From assembly GCA_051251855.1 (NCBI GenBank), contig JBPOGI010000004.1:288001-352000 (forward strand): DNA of 64,000 nucleotides, written 5' to 3'. The notes under the pieces are model-generated. The model did not search any database and was not told the DNA's origin. It saw only the letters and a program-made list of their open reading frames with translations. Below are positions 48,330 through 56,993 of this stretch, in pieces (position 1 is the first letter of the stretch; the number at the start of each line of letters is the position of its first letter). A program made the translations under genes and the position numbers. The stretch is from Roseibacillus sp. GTDB lineage: Bacteria; Verrucomicrobiota; Verrucomicrobiia; Verrucomicrobiales; Akkermansiaceae.

Positions 48330-48354
48330 TAAAAGTCACTAACGTAATTTCACC

Positions 48355-50757
48355 TTAATTAGGAAGCTCTTCGAGTCGATAGAAAGCTTCCGGATTGGTT
48401 GCAGAGGGATCTGAGAAACTAGCCGTTGCTGCACCAGCCACGCGAGGCCCATCAACTGTAGACGGGAAACCGTCTTGGAGGTTATCTGACCGAACCAATT
48501 GATAGCTCGCCGTTGGGTCAAGGTTCTCGAAGGTAATATCGAATGCCGTCCCATTGAATGAGCAGGAAACAACTGCAATATCCGCCGGTGGCCCGCTGGT
48601 CGTCAAGTCGTCAGTTTGACGAACTTGCATGAAGTTCAAAATGTTTGCCCCATTTCCAGACGGGTCCTGTCCCGCATTAAATTGCCTGACATCGAAGACT
48701 TGCACCGACTCCGTTGCGACAAACGAACCCGTGAAAAGGATAGCCGGGTTCGCAGATCCTCCATAAATACTATTCGTCGCCCCAACGGGGTCGGCAGCCA
48801 CTTCGCCTCCGACTCCATCAATGGTATAGAATCGGTTGACTAAAGTCCCCCCGTTCCGATCATCTGCACGCCCGATTTGAATCACATAAGGGAGACCAGG
48901 AGTGAGCCCAAAAATCGCAACCCGAGGCTGCGCGCCACCCGCCGGAGCACCCGTCCAACTGCTCTCGATGAGAGGGCTAAGCGCGGGGTCTTCGTCGTCG
49001 TAGAACGTCCCTATATTCGTTGTCCCTGGCCCCGTTGAAATCGTGATCAAGGTTACCGTATTGTCGGTCGCATTTGTTCCGATGTCATCAACAGTAGCTT
49101 CGAACGGAATTCCATTCACTGTTGTTGCGATGCCACCATAGTTTTCCGCAAAGAGAAGAGGACCATTCGTGATGAGATTGTATTGGCTGGCTAGCGCCGA
49201 CACAGTCCAAGTTATGGACGCTAAAGTAGGAACTGAGGCAACGTCATCGGGATCTGAGCCGGCATCAATTTCGACACTATCATAGAACCCATCATCGTCC
49301 GTGTCGGCCAAAGCGGGATCGGACACACCACCGTTCACCTCTGTTGCATCAGAAAGATTGTCTCCATCGGTATCAGGATTTAAGGGATCGGTTATCAATA
49401 CCGGAGACAGAGGGTTTGTGAGGTCAAATTCTTGTCCGTCGAGAAGGGTATCATCATCAGAATCCGAGTCATTAGGGTCAGTTCCAAATTGCTGCTCTCC
49501 AAAGTTGTCGAGCAGATCCATATCGGGATCTCCAAGGTCTCCATTGTCTGGATCGATATCGCCGTTGTCTGTTGGGTCAAGACTGTTGGAAATCTCAAAG
49601 GCATCAAGAAGGAAGTCATCGTCGGTATCGTCGGTCAAAGGGTTGGTGACAAAACCATTGGAACCATCGATTTCCTCAAAATCGGTCAGTCCATCACCAT
49701 CGGAATCAGGATTCAAGGGGTCGGTTTGCAATCCCGGTGCTGAGGTTGCGACCGTACCCGGCTGATCACTCTGAAAGGGATTCAAATTATTACTCCCAGG
49801 AAGGACCACTTCTTCTCCGTCGAGCAAGCCATCATCATCGGAATCACTGTCTTGAGGATTGGTGTTGGAGTTGAACTCTTGTAGATTGGTTAGGCCATCG
49901 GGCCCGCCGTTCGTATCGTTATCGAGAGACGCGTCTGCTGCGTCATTGGGATTCAGATTGTTGACGAGCTCGTAGGCGTCAGGCATTCCATCCATGTCGG
50001 TATCCGTATTTGGAATCTGAACCACCTTGACACTGGCGAGGTCAATCGATCCTGCCCCTCCCTGAGTGGACGCCACCACCCGCATCGTGCTCACAAAGTC
50101 GCTGAAGTCGAAATTAACATCACTCCAAATTCCAGCGCCTCCCGTGACGGCGTTCCCGCCAGCGTCTTCGAGCCCAGTAAAGTCGATGTTCCAATTCGTT
50201 GCCGAGATTGTTAGCACCACCGTGCATCCGTCGCCAAAACTTGCTTGATCAACAGTAGTGAAAGCCGGACTCCAAGTCTTCCCTCCCGTAACCGTCTTGT
50301 AGGCAGGAGCCGTAGTTCCATTGCTGTTTGTTCCTCGAACTCCAAATCCAAAACTAGGTCCCAGATTATTCCAAAGGTTAGGTCCCATGTCGTCACCAGC
50401 TTGCCCTGCCTGCAATCCAAAGAAGATTCCGTTAGATCTGCCCGGATCGGCAGACTCCACCACGAAGGTCAATTCAAGGGAATCGGAGCCAAGTGAAGGC
50501 ACATCGATGGTGAGGTCAGAAACAGCCGAAGAAGTGGAACTCAGGTGTGTTCCCCGGCTAAGTAAACCAGTCGCCTGGTCCCAAGTGCCACCGGTCGTAA
50601 ACGACTGATTATTCGTCAGGAGAGTGAAGTCTTCGTTGGTATCATTTGCGACCGCGTCGAAAGTCGCGTCGATCAGGGTCGTTTGCCCTTGGAGCATGGC
50701 TGCCGAAGCCGTCGCAAGGACGACGGAAGTCACACTTTTGGAGTAGTTTGATTTCAT
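48355..50757 (-). CDS. Secreted TSP3-like Ca-binding repeat protein (domain A + repeats + unknown domain + C-terminal module)
   Basis: Start reassigned to ATG 50757 (MKSNYSK...signal peptide). Many DSDxDGLxDxxE repeats; the C-terminal half is paralogous to 56994..59327. Confidence 0.85.
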   Translation of the reverse strand: MKSNYSKSVTSVVLATASAAMLQGQTTLIDATFDAVANDTNEDFTLLTNNQSFTTGGTWDQATGLLSRGTHLSSTSSAVSDLTIDVPSLGSDSLELTFVVESADPGRSNGIFFGLQAGQAGDDMGPNLWNNLGPSFGFGVRGTNSNGTTAPAYKTVTGGKTWSPAFTTVDQASFGDGCTVVLTISATNWNIDFTGLEDAGGNAVTGGAGIWSDVNFDFSDFVSTMRVVASTQGGAGSIDLASVKVVQIPNTDTDMDGMPDAYELVNNLNPNDAADASLDNDTNGGPDGLTNLQEFNSNTNPQDSDSDDDGLLDGEEVVLPGSNNLNPFQSDQPGTVATSAPGLQTDPLNPDSDGDGLTDFEEIDGSNGFVTNPLTDDTDDDFLLDAFEISNSLDPTDNGDIDPDNGDLGDPDMDLLDNFGEQQFGTDPNDSDSDDDTLLDGQEFDLTNPLSPVLITDPLNPDTDGDNLSDATEVNGGVSDPALADTDDDGFYDSVEIDAGSDPDDVASVPTLASITWTVSALASQYNLITNGPLLFAENYGGIATTVNGIPFEATVDDIGTNATDNTVTLITISTGPGTTNIGTFYDDEDPALSPLIESSWTGAPAGGAQPRVAIFGLTPGLPYVIQIGRADDRNGGTLVNRFYTIDGVGGEVAADPVGATNSIYGGSANPAILFTGSFVATESVQVFDVRQFNAGQDPSGNGANILNFMQVRQTDDLTTSGPPADIAVVSCSFNGTAFDITFENLDPTASYQLVRSDNLQDGFPSTVDGPRVAGAATASFSDPSATNPEAFYRLEELPN

Positions 50758-50993
50758 GGTTTTATGGGGATTTTTCGATTCAACGGTCAAAAATCGGTTA
50801 ATAAACTATGAAAGCTCCCTGAGGGTGAGCAATCAAAACCTCCAAAAACTGCCATTGGCAGGTAGAAATCACACAAAAAATTTCATCTCCGACAACGGAG
50901 AAAAGATAAGAATCCAAGACTGGAAAGCGCGAACTGAAGAGCGACTCCCTCTTACCTTCACCATCCTCATTGAACGCCCCGCGAAAATTCGCC

Positions 50994-53048
50994 CTACAGT
51001 GAACTTTGGGCACCAACCTCAACAATCTCGAAGTCAATCGTCCCTGTGATTCGGTCGCGAATCATCTGAGCGGACTGTTTTTGGGGATCAATCCGAATCA
51101 CGTTGAGTGAAGGCAAGTGCAGGTCATTCTTCAGTCGAATCCCCGCGCATTTCGTAAGATCGAGTTCACTCATCGTGAGGCCCTTCAAACTCGCAAGATC
51201 AAACTCCTCTGCCACTTCCAAAACAAGAGTTCGAGGTTCAAGGTAGCGCAAAACGCATTCACCTGAACCACCCGCATCAGAGATCAACTTCAACGCTCTT
51301 TCTGAACGAAGGGAGACCGTTGAGTCAGCATCGCTCATTTCGAGCTCAATCACGATGTTGGCCGGATTTAAATATTCTAGCAGGCTTAGAACGACTCTCT
51401 CATAAGATTCCTTCGAACGGCGAAGGGCGGCATCATAAGAAATCATACGCTCAATGACCGGGCCTTGCTCGGGATCGATCTCTCGAGCTGTCTCAATAAA
51501 CGAGCAGAGATGATCCAAGGAAGGTCTGCGAGCACGGTCAAAATTGAAACTCGGAAAAGACTCCGCAAAATGCATGTAGGAGTAGCGACCGCTTTCCTCT
51601 TTCAGCGGATAATTCAACGCTTCCTCAAAATTGAGCTGGATAACGTTGAGAGTAAAAATCTGATACTGCGCAGCTCCCGAATCTGGATCGAGAGCATGGG
51701 CATGGGCGGCAAGCCTCTTCGCCTCCCGAATACTCTTCATCGGGGTATCAAAAATCCCGAGATTCTTAAGACTTTTCACTGAAGAAAGGAGTGAATTGGA
51801 AAGAGCGATCCGCCTCTCTTCAGAATCCGAGAGGGTCTCAAGGTACAAGTTGTTCGCGAGCTCGGCTTCCGACGCGTATTGATTGGCAAGATCAGATTGA
51901 TCGAGCACCGAGGCACGGAGAAAGTTCAGCCTTTCAATAAAGAGGGTGCTCAGTGCCGTCAGCAAAATCAGGGATAAAAATGAAATCAAAACTAGGGTTC
52001 GATTTCGCGTCACAAAGAGCCGTGCTTCTCTTAGAAAATTAGGAGCTTCCGCGTCAGTGGAAAATCCATCCAAGAAGCGGTGAACTTCCTCCCTCAATTC
52101 AGAAACAGATTCGTATCGCTCGCCGGGGTTCTTTGCCAGAGCCTTCGTGGTCACTGCACCCAAGCTCGGAGGCACTTTACATTCAGGATAGCTCTCGCAG
52201 GGGTTGGGCACTTGCGAACTGGCCGTTGCATCCAAAATAGAGCGAGGCCCCCCCTTAAAAGGAGGCTCTCCGGTAAGGATGGCATGTAAAATACATCCTA
52301 AGGAAAACACGTCCGTGCGGGAGTCCTTGCTCCCTCCCTTTTCTACTTGCTCAGGAGCCATATAGCCGGGCGTCCCCTTGATTTCACCGACCAAGGTCAT
52401 ATTGTCCAAAGTCTCAGTGAGAGAAAGGTCCGCAGTCTCCTCGTCCACTTGCGAAACCAACTTCCCAAGACCCCAGTCACAAACTAAGACCTCACCGAAG
52501 GCGTCACATTGAATATTCTGAGGTTTTAAATCGAGATGAATCACTTCCTGAGAATGCGCATAGCCAACCGCATCACAGACCTTCAGAAAATCTTGCAGGA
52601 GAGATCGTCGGCTTCGACTCTTGTCCTTAATCAAATGGCCCAAGGTCGTATTCCCCTTTAAATCCATCGTGAAAAATGGCCGACCAAAAGAATCGATCCC
52701 AACATCATGGACGTTGATAATATTGGGATGACTGAGCGAAGACGTGAGCCATGCTTCGTTGACAAAGATATCGTAGAACTCCGCCCCTCGTTCCTCACGG
52801 AGCCGAGCCATCGCCACCCAACGTCGGGTACGATTATCGAAGGCTCGCAAGACCTCCTTAACGCCTCCCTTTCCTAACAATTCTTGATCCTCGTATCGGG
52901 TCGAAGTCTCGGAGAGCTCCAAATAGGAAGGACAAAGTCCCGCTAACCCTTCAGCTTCCAGCCGCGTGGCTTCCTGATAGGCCTGAATCAACCGATAATC
53001 ATTTCGGTAGTCGTCTTGACCTACCGCATTCCCGCTTCTCTGACTCAT
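50994..53048 (-). CDS. Membrane-anchored Hanks-type Ser/Thr protein kinase with atypical lysine placement
   Basis: GKGGVK, VAMA, HPNI, HLDLKPQN, DWG, GTPGYMAPEQ and DVFSLG; one TM helix; C-terminal putative sensor domain. Confidence 0.92.
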   Translation of the reverse strand: MSQRSGNAVGQDDYRNDYRLIQAYQEATRLEAEGLAGLCPSYLELSETSTRYEDQELLGKGGVKEVLRAFDNRTRRWVAMARLREERGAEFYDIFVNEAWLTSSLSHPNIINVHDVGIDSFGRPFFTMDLKGNTTLGHLIKDKSRSRRSLLQDFLKVCDAVGYAHSQEVIHLDLKPQNIQCDAFGEVLVCDWGLGKLVSQVDEETADLSLTETLDNMTLVGEIKGTPGYMAPEQVEKGGSKDSRTDVFSLGCILHAILTGEPPFKGGPRSILDATASSQVPNPCESYPECKVPPSLGAVTTKALAKNPGERYESVSELREEVHRFLDGFSTDAEAPNFLREARLFVTRNRTLVLISFLSLILLTALSTLFIERLNFLRASVLDQSDLANQYASEAELANNLYLETLSDSEERRIALSNSLLSSVKSLKNLGIFDTPMKSIREAKRLAAHAHALDPDSGAAQYQIFTLNVIQLNFEEALNYPLKEESGRYSYMHFAESFPSFNFDRARRPSLDHLCSFIETAREIDPEQGPVIERMISYDAALRRSKESYERVVLSLLEYLNPANIVIELEMSDADSTVSLRSERALKLISDAGGSGECVLRYLEPRTLVLEVAEEFDLASLKGLTMSELDLTKCAGIRLKNDLHLPSLNVIRIDPQKQSAQMIRDRITGTIDFEIVEVGAQSSL

Positions 53049-53638
53049 GACTCGAGTTCGGAAGTGAGATTTCTAATCTCGAGATAAAGTCGCTTCTTCA
53101 CCCGCTTCTTCAGCGTGTAAACGGTCGCTACAGTCAACTTCGTTTTTTCTGCGATTTGAGCCGCAGAATGCCCATCAAGGCCCAGCTCAAAGACTGCAAT
53201 GGCTTGTCCTTCGAATGAAGCACGAACCCGCTCCATGGCGAGACTTCCCACATAAGCCGCCCACTCCCTTTCGATAACCTTATCGATGTCAGGCGCTTTC
53301 AATTCGTCTTGTTCACCCTGCTCGTTCGACACCCTATCCAAGCATCTCTTCAGACTATAACGCTTTCGAAAATAGCTGTTGGCCTTATTCCTCACAATCG
53401 TGCTCAACCAAGTGCGAAAACGAGCCCTGTCCCGATCGTAGCGAGGAAGGTCACGAGTGAGGGCTATGAGGATTTGCTGGCTGAGGTCCTCCAAGTCATC
53501 ACGAGGCACCCCAAGTTGGTTCAGCACGCATAGGATAAAGCGACGGTATTGTTGAACAAATTGCTCCCACGCCTTCCCGTCGTCCAAATCGGTGGCTCGC
53601 TTGAGAAGAGAATGGTGAGTTTGAAACGTGGAGGACAT
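53045..53638 (-). CDS. ECF sigma factor
   Basis: AWEQFVQQY, EDLSQ and FRTWL (sigma2); C-terminal HTH SAAQIAE..VATVY (sigma4); ATGA-coupled to the kinase. Confidence 0.92.
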   Translation of the reverse strand: MSSTFQTHHSLLKRATDLDDGKAWEQFVQQYRRFILCVLNQLGVPRDDLEDLSQQILIALTRDLPRYDRDRARFRTWLSTIVRNKANSYFRKRYSLKRCLDRVSNEQGEQDELKAPDIDKVIEREWAAYVGSLAMERVRASFEGQAIAVFELGLDGHSAAQIAEKTKLTVATVYTLKKRVKKRLYLEIRNLTSELES

Positions 53639-53812
53639 CACTGAGAAGGAGCAAGCGGAAGGCGCTTAAAAACTCTGCTATTCCTCCCAGCTTAGAGAGA
53701 ACCACCATCATTTAAAGAAAATGTTCCCGTTTTCATTCAATCATGGAACTCCATCAAAATGCTCCTCGACGGAATCGTTACCAATTAAAGCTTCGAAGCC
53801 GAAAGAAGGCCA

Positions 53813-56800
53813 CTACTCGGAAAGTGTCACTTCAACTCTGACAAAGAGTGCATCCAAATTTCCGATGACTCCGTCCTCATTGTCGATCGCCATCCGATCA
53901 AGGTTGAAGGAAAGCTCCCCTCCCGTTCCTAGCATACTGGTAATCGGAAACCACTCCTCTAAGTCAGTCGACCAAACAAGGTCGTAGCTCCGGCCAGCAA
54001 CGCTCGGCCAGCTCACGACCACATTGGCCCCCTGGAGGTCAAAGTCACTAATACAGAAGAAATCACCGTTGTTTGTCGGATCGGTTCCAGCCACAAACTC
54101 GTCCACATTCGACGCGCCATCTCCATCGAGGTCAGTAGCAGCATCGAGTGGCCAATCAGGGTCGAGCCCGTTGGCTTGCTCATAGCTATTGGGGAGAGTG
54201 TCGCCATCATTGTCCGGAATGCGGGGAAAAAGGGCGGTAGACTCATTGATGCGCAAATCGTCGAGCAGGCCGAGTAAGTCGCGACCAGTAAGGGCGGTGA
54301 TCTCATTTCGAATGCTCGTTTCATCAGTAAAGTTCATAATGAGGTTACCGTCTTCGCCCAAGTCGAGGGGCATGTTGAAGAGTTGTTTCGGTGTCCCCCG
54401 GTTGATGCCAGCCACATTGGAAAACTCAGTATTGAACGAATCCCAAGAGGTGTCCGCACTTCCACCGGTGGCGTCGATGAATTTCCAGCCGTCGAAGGTC
54501 TTCAAAGCCAAATCGCCTCGTTGCGCACTCAACACGATTGCTTCGCGCTGGGGCGAAGGTTTCGCTTGGCCCCGCAGTAAATTCAGGAAGCTTTCCCCAT
54601 CGGGAGCAGTCGAATCAGGAAGATTGGCTCCGAGGTAAGCGGCAATCGTGGCAAAGATATCACCTTGCCAAATCGGGTCGGTCACCTTCATCCCTGCCGC
54701 CGCTTGACCAGGCCAGCGGACCATAAAGGGAACCCGCGTGCCGCCATCATAAGTCTCACGTTTATGACCTCGCAAGGGACCATTGGGATCAGCCCCGCGT
54801 GTCAGGCTCTCCCTTTGCATATCGTGTTCGGGGCCATTGTCGGAGGTGAAGACCACCATTGTGTTCGGTCCAAAGCCATTGTTATCGATAGCATCCAGAA
54901 TCCGTCCCACTCGATCATCCACTTCGGTCATCCAATCCGCAAAGACGAGGGCTCGATTGCTATTGCCCCCATAGAAGGCATCCGTCACGGCCCAAGGGCG
55001 ATGCGGTGAATGAAGAGGAAGATAGACAAAGAAAGGATCGGAATCGCCACTGCTTGCGCGGTCCGCAAAGTAGTTTTCGGCATCTTCGACCAGCCGCGGC
55101 CCGAGGTCAACTTGACTGTAGGAGGGATCGCCCAGACCCGCGCGTGAGCCCCTCGCTCCTCTGACGGGAGCATTGAGTTCGCCGGTGGTGAACCAACGGA
55201 AGGGGTCGGTATTGAGTGCGTCTCGGTAGTCCCCCGCGCCCCCATTGAGAGTGGTATCCCAGAATTGGAGGCGATCTTCTTTGAGATAAACGTAGGGGGA
55301 AAAGTTGATAGCGACGGCATTACCGCGAAAAACATCAAAGCCGTTATCGACAGCATGAAAATCCACCGTGCGCTCCCAATCGACTTCACTAGGATCGGAC
55401 GGATTGTCAGATATACGAGTCCCGTTACGGCGATAGATCGCACCGCCGAGGTGCCACTTACCGATAGCGGCGGTGTCGTATTGTTGCGTTTTAAGAAACT
55501 CCGCAATGGTGACGTCGGACACTCGTGGCAACTCATCGCCATTAATGGTGCCCCCGTAGTTGCCGGTAATATTATCGAATTCCCGCCAGTTGTATTTTGC
55601 AGTCAGCAAAGCGTAGCGGCTGGGAGTGCAGACCCCGTTGCCGGAGTGCCCTTGAGTGAAGACCACGCCATCCTGAGCCAAGGCATCAATGTTGGGCGTA
55701 GGCGCACTGCTGGTCGTTCCGAACAAGTTGCCATAGGCAGAAATATCGCCAAACCCGAGGTCGTCGGCGTAGATGATCACCACGTTAGGGCGAGTGGTAG
55801 GAGGACGATGATCGGGAATATCGGTGGCGTCGTCAGGCAAGGAACCAAAGGCCACTTCAGCCTCATCGCGATAGCTATCGTTGTCACTATCGACGAAGGG
55901 AAAAATCGGCCCCGTGTTCGGCGGGAGCCTATTCGGATCAGTACCCGCCAGAATCTCGGCGTTGTCATCGACGCCATCGCCATCAGAATCAGGCTCGAGA
56001 GGATCGGTCGCCTCTCCGGGAGGTCCAGACTGCACCCCTGCCACCCAAGGGTTGAGCGTGCCATTCACTTCCTGCCCGTCGTTCAGCCCGTCGTCATCGG
56101 AATCACTATCTTGCGGATCCGTGCCGGCGTTAAATTCCTCCAAATTGGTCAAACCATCCGCACCTCCCATTGCATCGTTGTCGAGCGCGGCATCATTGAC
56201 ATTTGGATTGAGACCATTGGCGGTTTCATAACTGTCCGGCATGCCGTCACCATCGGTGTCTGGCGAGTTCGAGACCACCAGCCGAGGGTTGCTGAATCCC
56301 GCGGCATTGGACTCCAAGTCACCGACGAAAACAACGAGACCAAAGTTATCGATCGTTCCATTCACCCAGCCCGTCACGATGCTCGTGACATCTAACGAAA
56401 CTGAGGCTGGTGGGGCAGACGCCGAGATATCAACGATGAGGCTCGCCCGATCTCCCGAGGTGGTGATGCCCCAAGAGTGCTCAGGAAGGGTCGTCGTGCC
56501 ATCCCAAGCACTATCGGTGACGCGGCCAACGACCGCTGCGGTGCTATTGAGGTTGTTCAGCTGGAAATCGTAGTCAGCAGTGAAGGAAACCGAAAACCCT
56601 GGGCTATTGAGGTCGGCCGCAGTCAAGGTGCTGACATCAAAATTCAGAAAGGCGCTGATGCGGCGGTCGGTCTGAGTGGCACTGCGTCGTTCACGAATGT
56701 AGATATCCGAGTCGGCCGGCGAGTCTCCACTATTCACGCTGGCAGAACCCATTACAGGCGGACTTTGAGCATCGGTTGTAAAGAGAGTCGTCGGGAGAAT

Positions 56801-56863
56801 ATCAATGGCAAAGAGGTAGGAGGGCACCATCGAGGTGACCAGAATCAGAAAAGGAGTTCGCAT
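53813..56863 (-). CDS. Secreted multidomain sulfatase (domain B + DxDxDG repeats + sulfatase + C-terminal module)
   Basis: PNVVIIYADDLGFGD, CTPSR, GKWHLG and GHKRETYDGGTRVP; close paralogue of 44492..48262. Confidence 0.92.
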   Translation of the reverse strand: MRTPFLILVTSMVPSYLFAIDILPTTLFTTDAQSPPVMGSASVNSGDSPADSDIYIRERRSATQTDRRISAFLNFDVSTLTAADLNSPGFSVSFTADYDFQLNNLNSTAAVVGRVTDSAWDGTTTLPEHSWGITTSGDRASLIVDISASAPPASVSLDVTSIVTGWVNGTIDNFGLVVFVGDLESNAAGFSNPRLVVSNSPDTDGDGMPDSYETANGLNPNVNDAALDNDAMGGADGLTNLEEFNAGTDPQDSDSDDDGLNDGQEVNGTLNPWVAGVQSGPPGEATDPLEPDSDGDGVDDNAEILAGTDPNRLPPNTGPIFPFVDSDNDSYRDEAEVAFGSLPDDATDIPDHRPPTTRPNVVIIYADDLGFGDISAYGNLFGTTSSAPTPNIDALAQDGVVFTQGHSGNGVCTPSRYALLTAKYNWREFDNITGNYGGTINGDELPRVSDVTIAEFLKTQQYDTAAIGKWHLGGAIYRRNGTRISDNPSDPSEVDWERTVDFHAVDNGFDVFRGNAVAINFSPYVYLKEDRLQFWDTTLNGGAGDYRDALNTDPFRWFTTGELNAPVRGARGSRAGLGDPSYSQVDLGPRLVEDAENYFADRASSGDSDPFFVYLPLHSPHRPWAVTDAFYGGNSNRALVFADWMTEVDDRVGRILDAIDNNGFGPNTMVVFTSDNGPEHDMQRESLTRGADPNGPLRGHKRETYDGGTRVPFMVRWPGQAAAGMKVTDPIWQGDIFATIAAYLGANLPDSTAPDGESFLNLLRGQAKPSPQREAIVLSAQRGDLALKTFDGWKFIDATGGSADTSWDSFNTEFSNVAGINRGTPKQLFNMPLDLGEDGNLIMNFTDETSIRNEITALTGRDLLGLLDDLRINESTALFPRIPDNDGDTLPNSYEQANGLDPDWPLDAATDLDGDGASNVDEFVAGTDPTNNGDFFCISDFDLQGANVVVSWPSVAGRSYDLVWSTDLEEWFPITSMLGTGGELSFNLDRMAIDNEDGVIGNLDALFVRVEVTLSE

Positions 56864-56930
56864 AGAAGTGAAAGAAAGCGGTTGGGAGAGAGCGCGTATG
56901 TAGGCTAGAGGAAAAGGAAATTTAGTTTAG

Positions 56931-56969
56931 AAAAAAGGCCGGGAACCCTCTCAAAAGAGCTCCCGGCCT
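56931..56969 (-). terminator. Intra-operon terminator between the repeat protein and the sulfatase (copy 1)
   Basis: Minus strand AGGCCGGGAGCTCT-tttg-AGAGGGTTCCCGGCC-TTTTTT. Confidence 0.75.
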
Positions 56970-56993
56970 AAAGATGAATGAAGGCATGAACAA

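Noticed and set aside
50994..53048. Calling the kinase a dead pseudokinase because VAxK lacks Lys
   Set aside because: All other catalytic motifs are intact and a compensating Lys sits in the Gly-rich loop.
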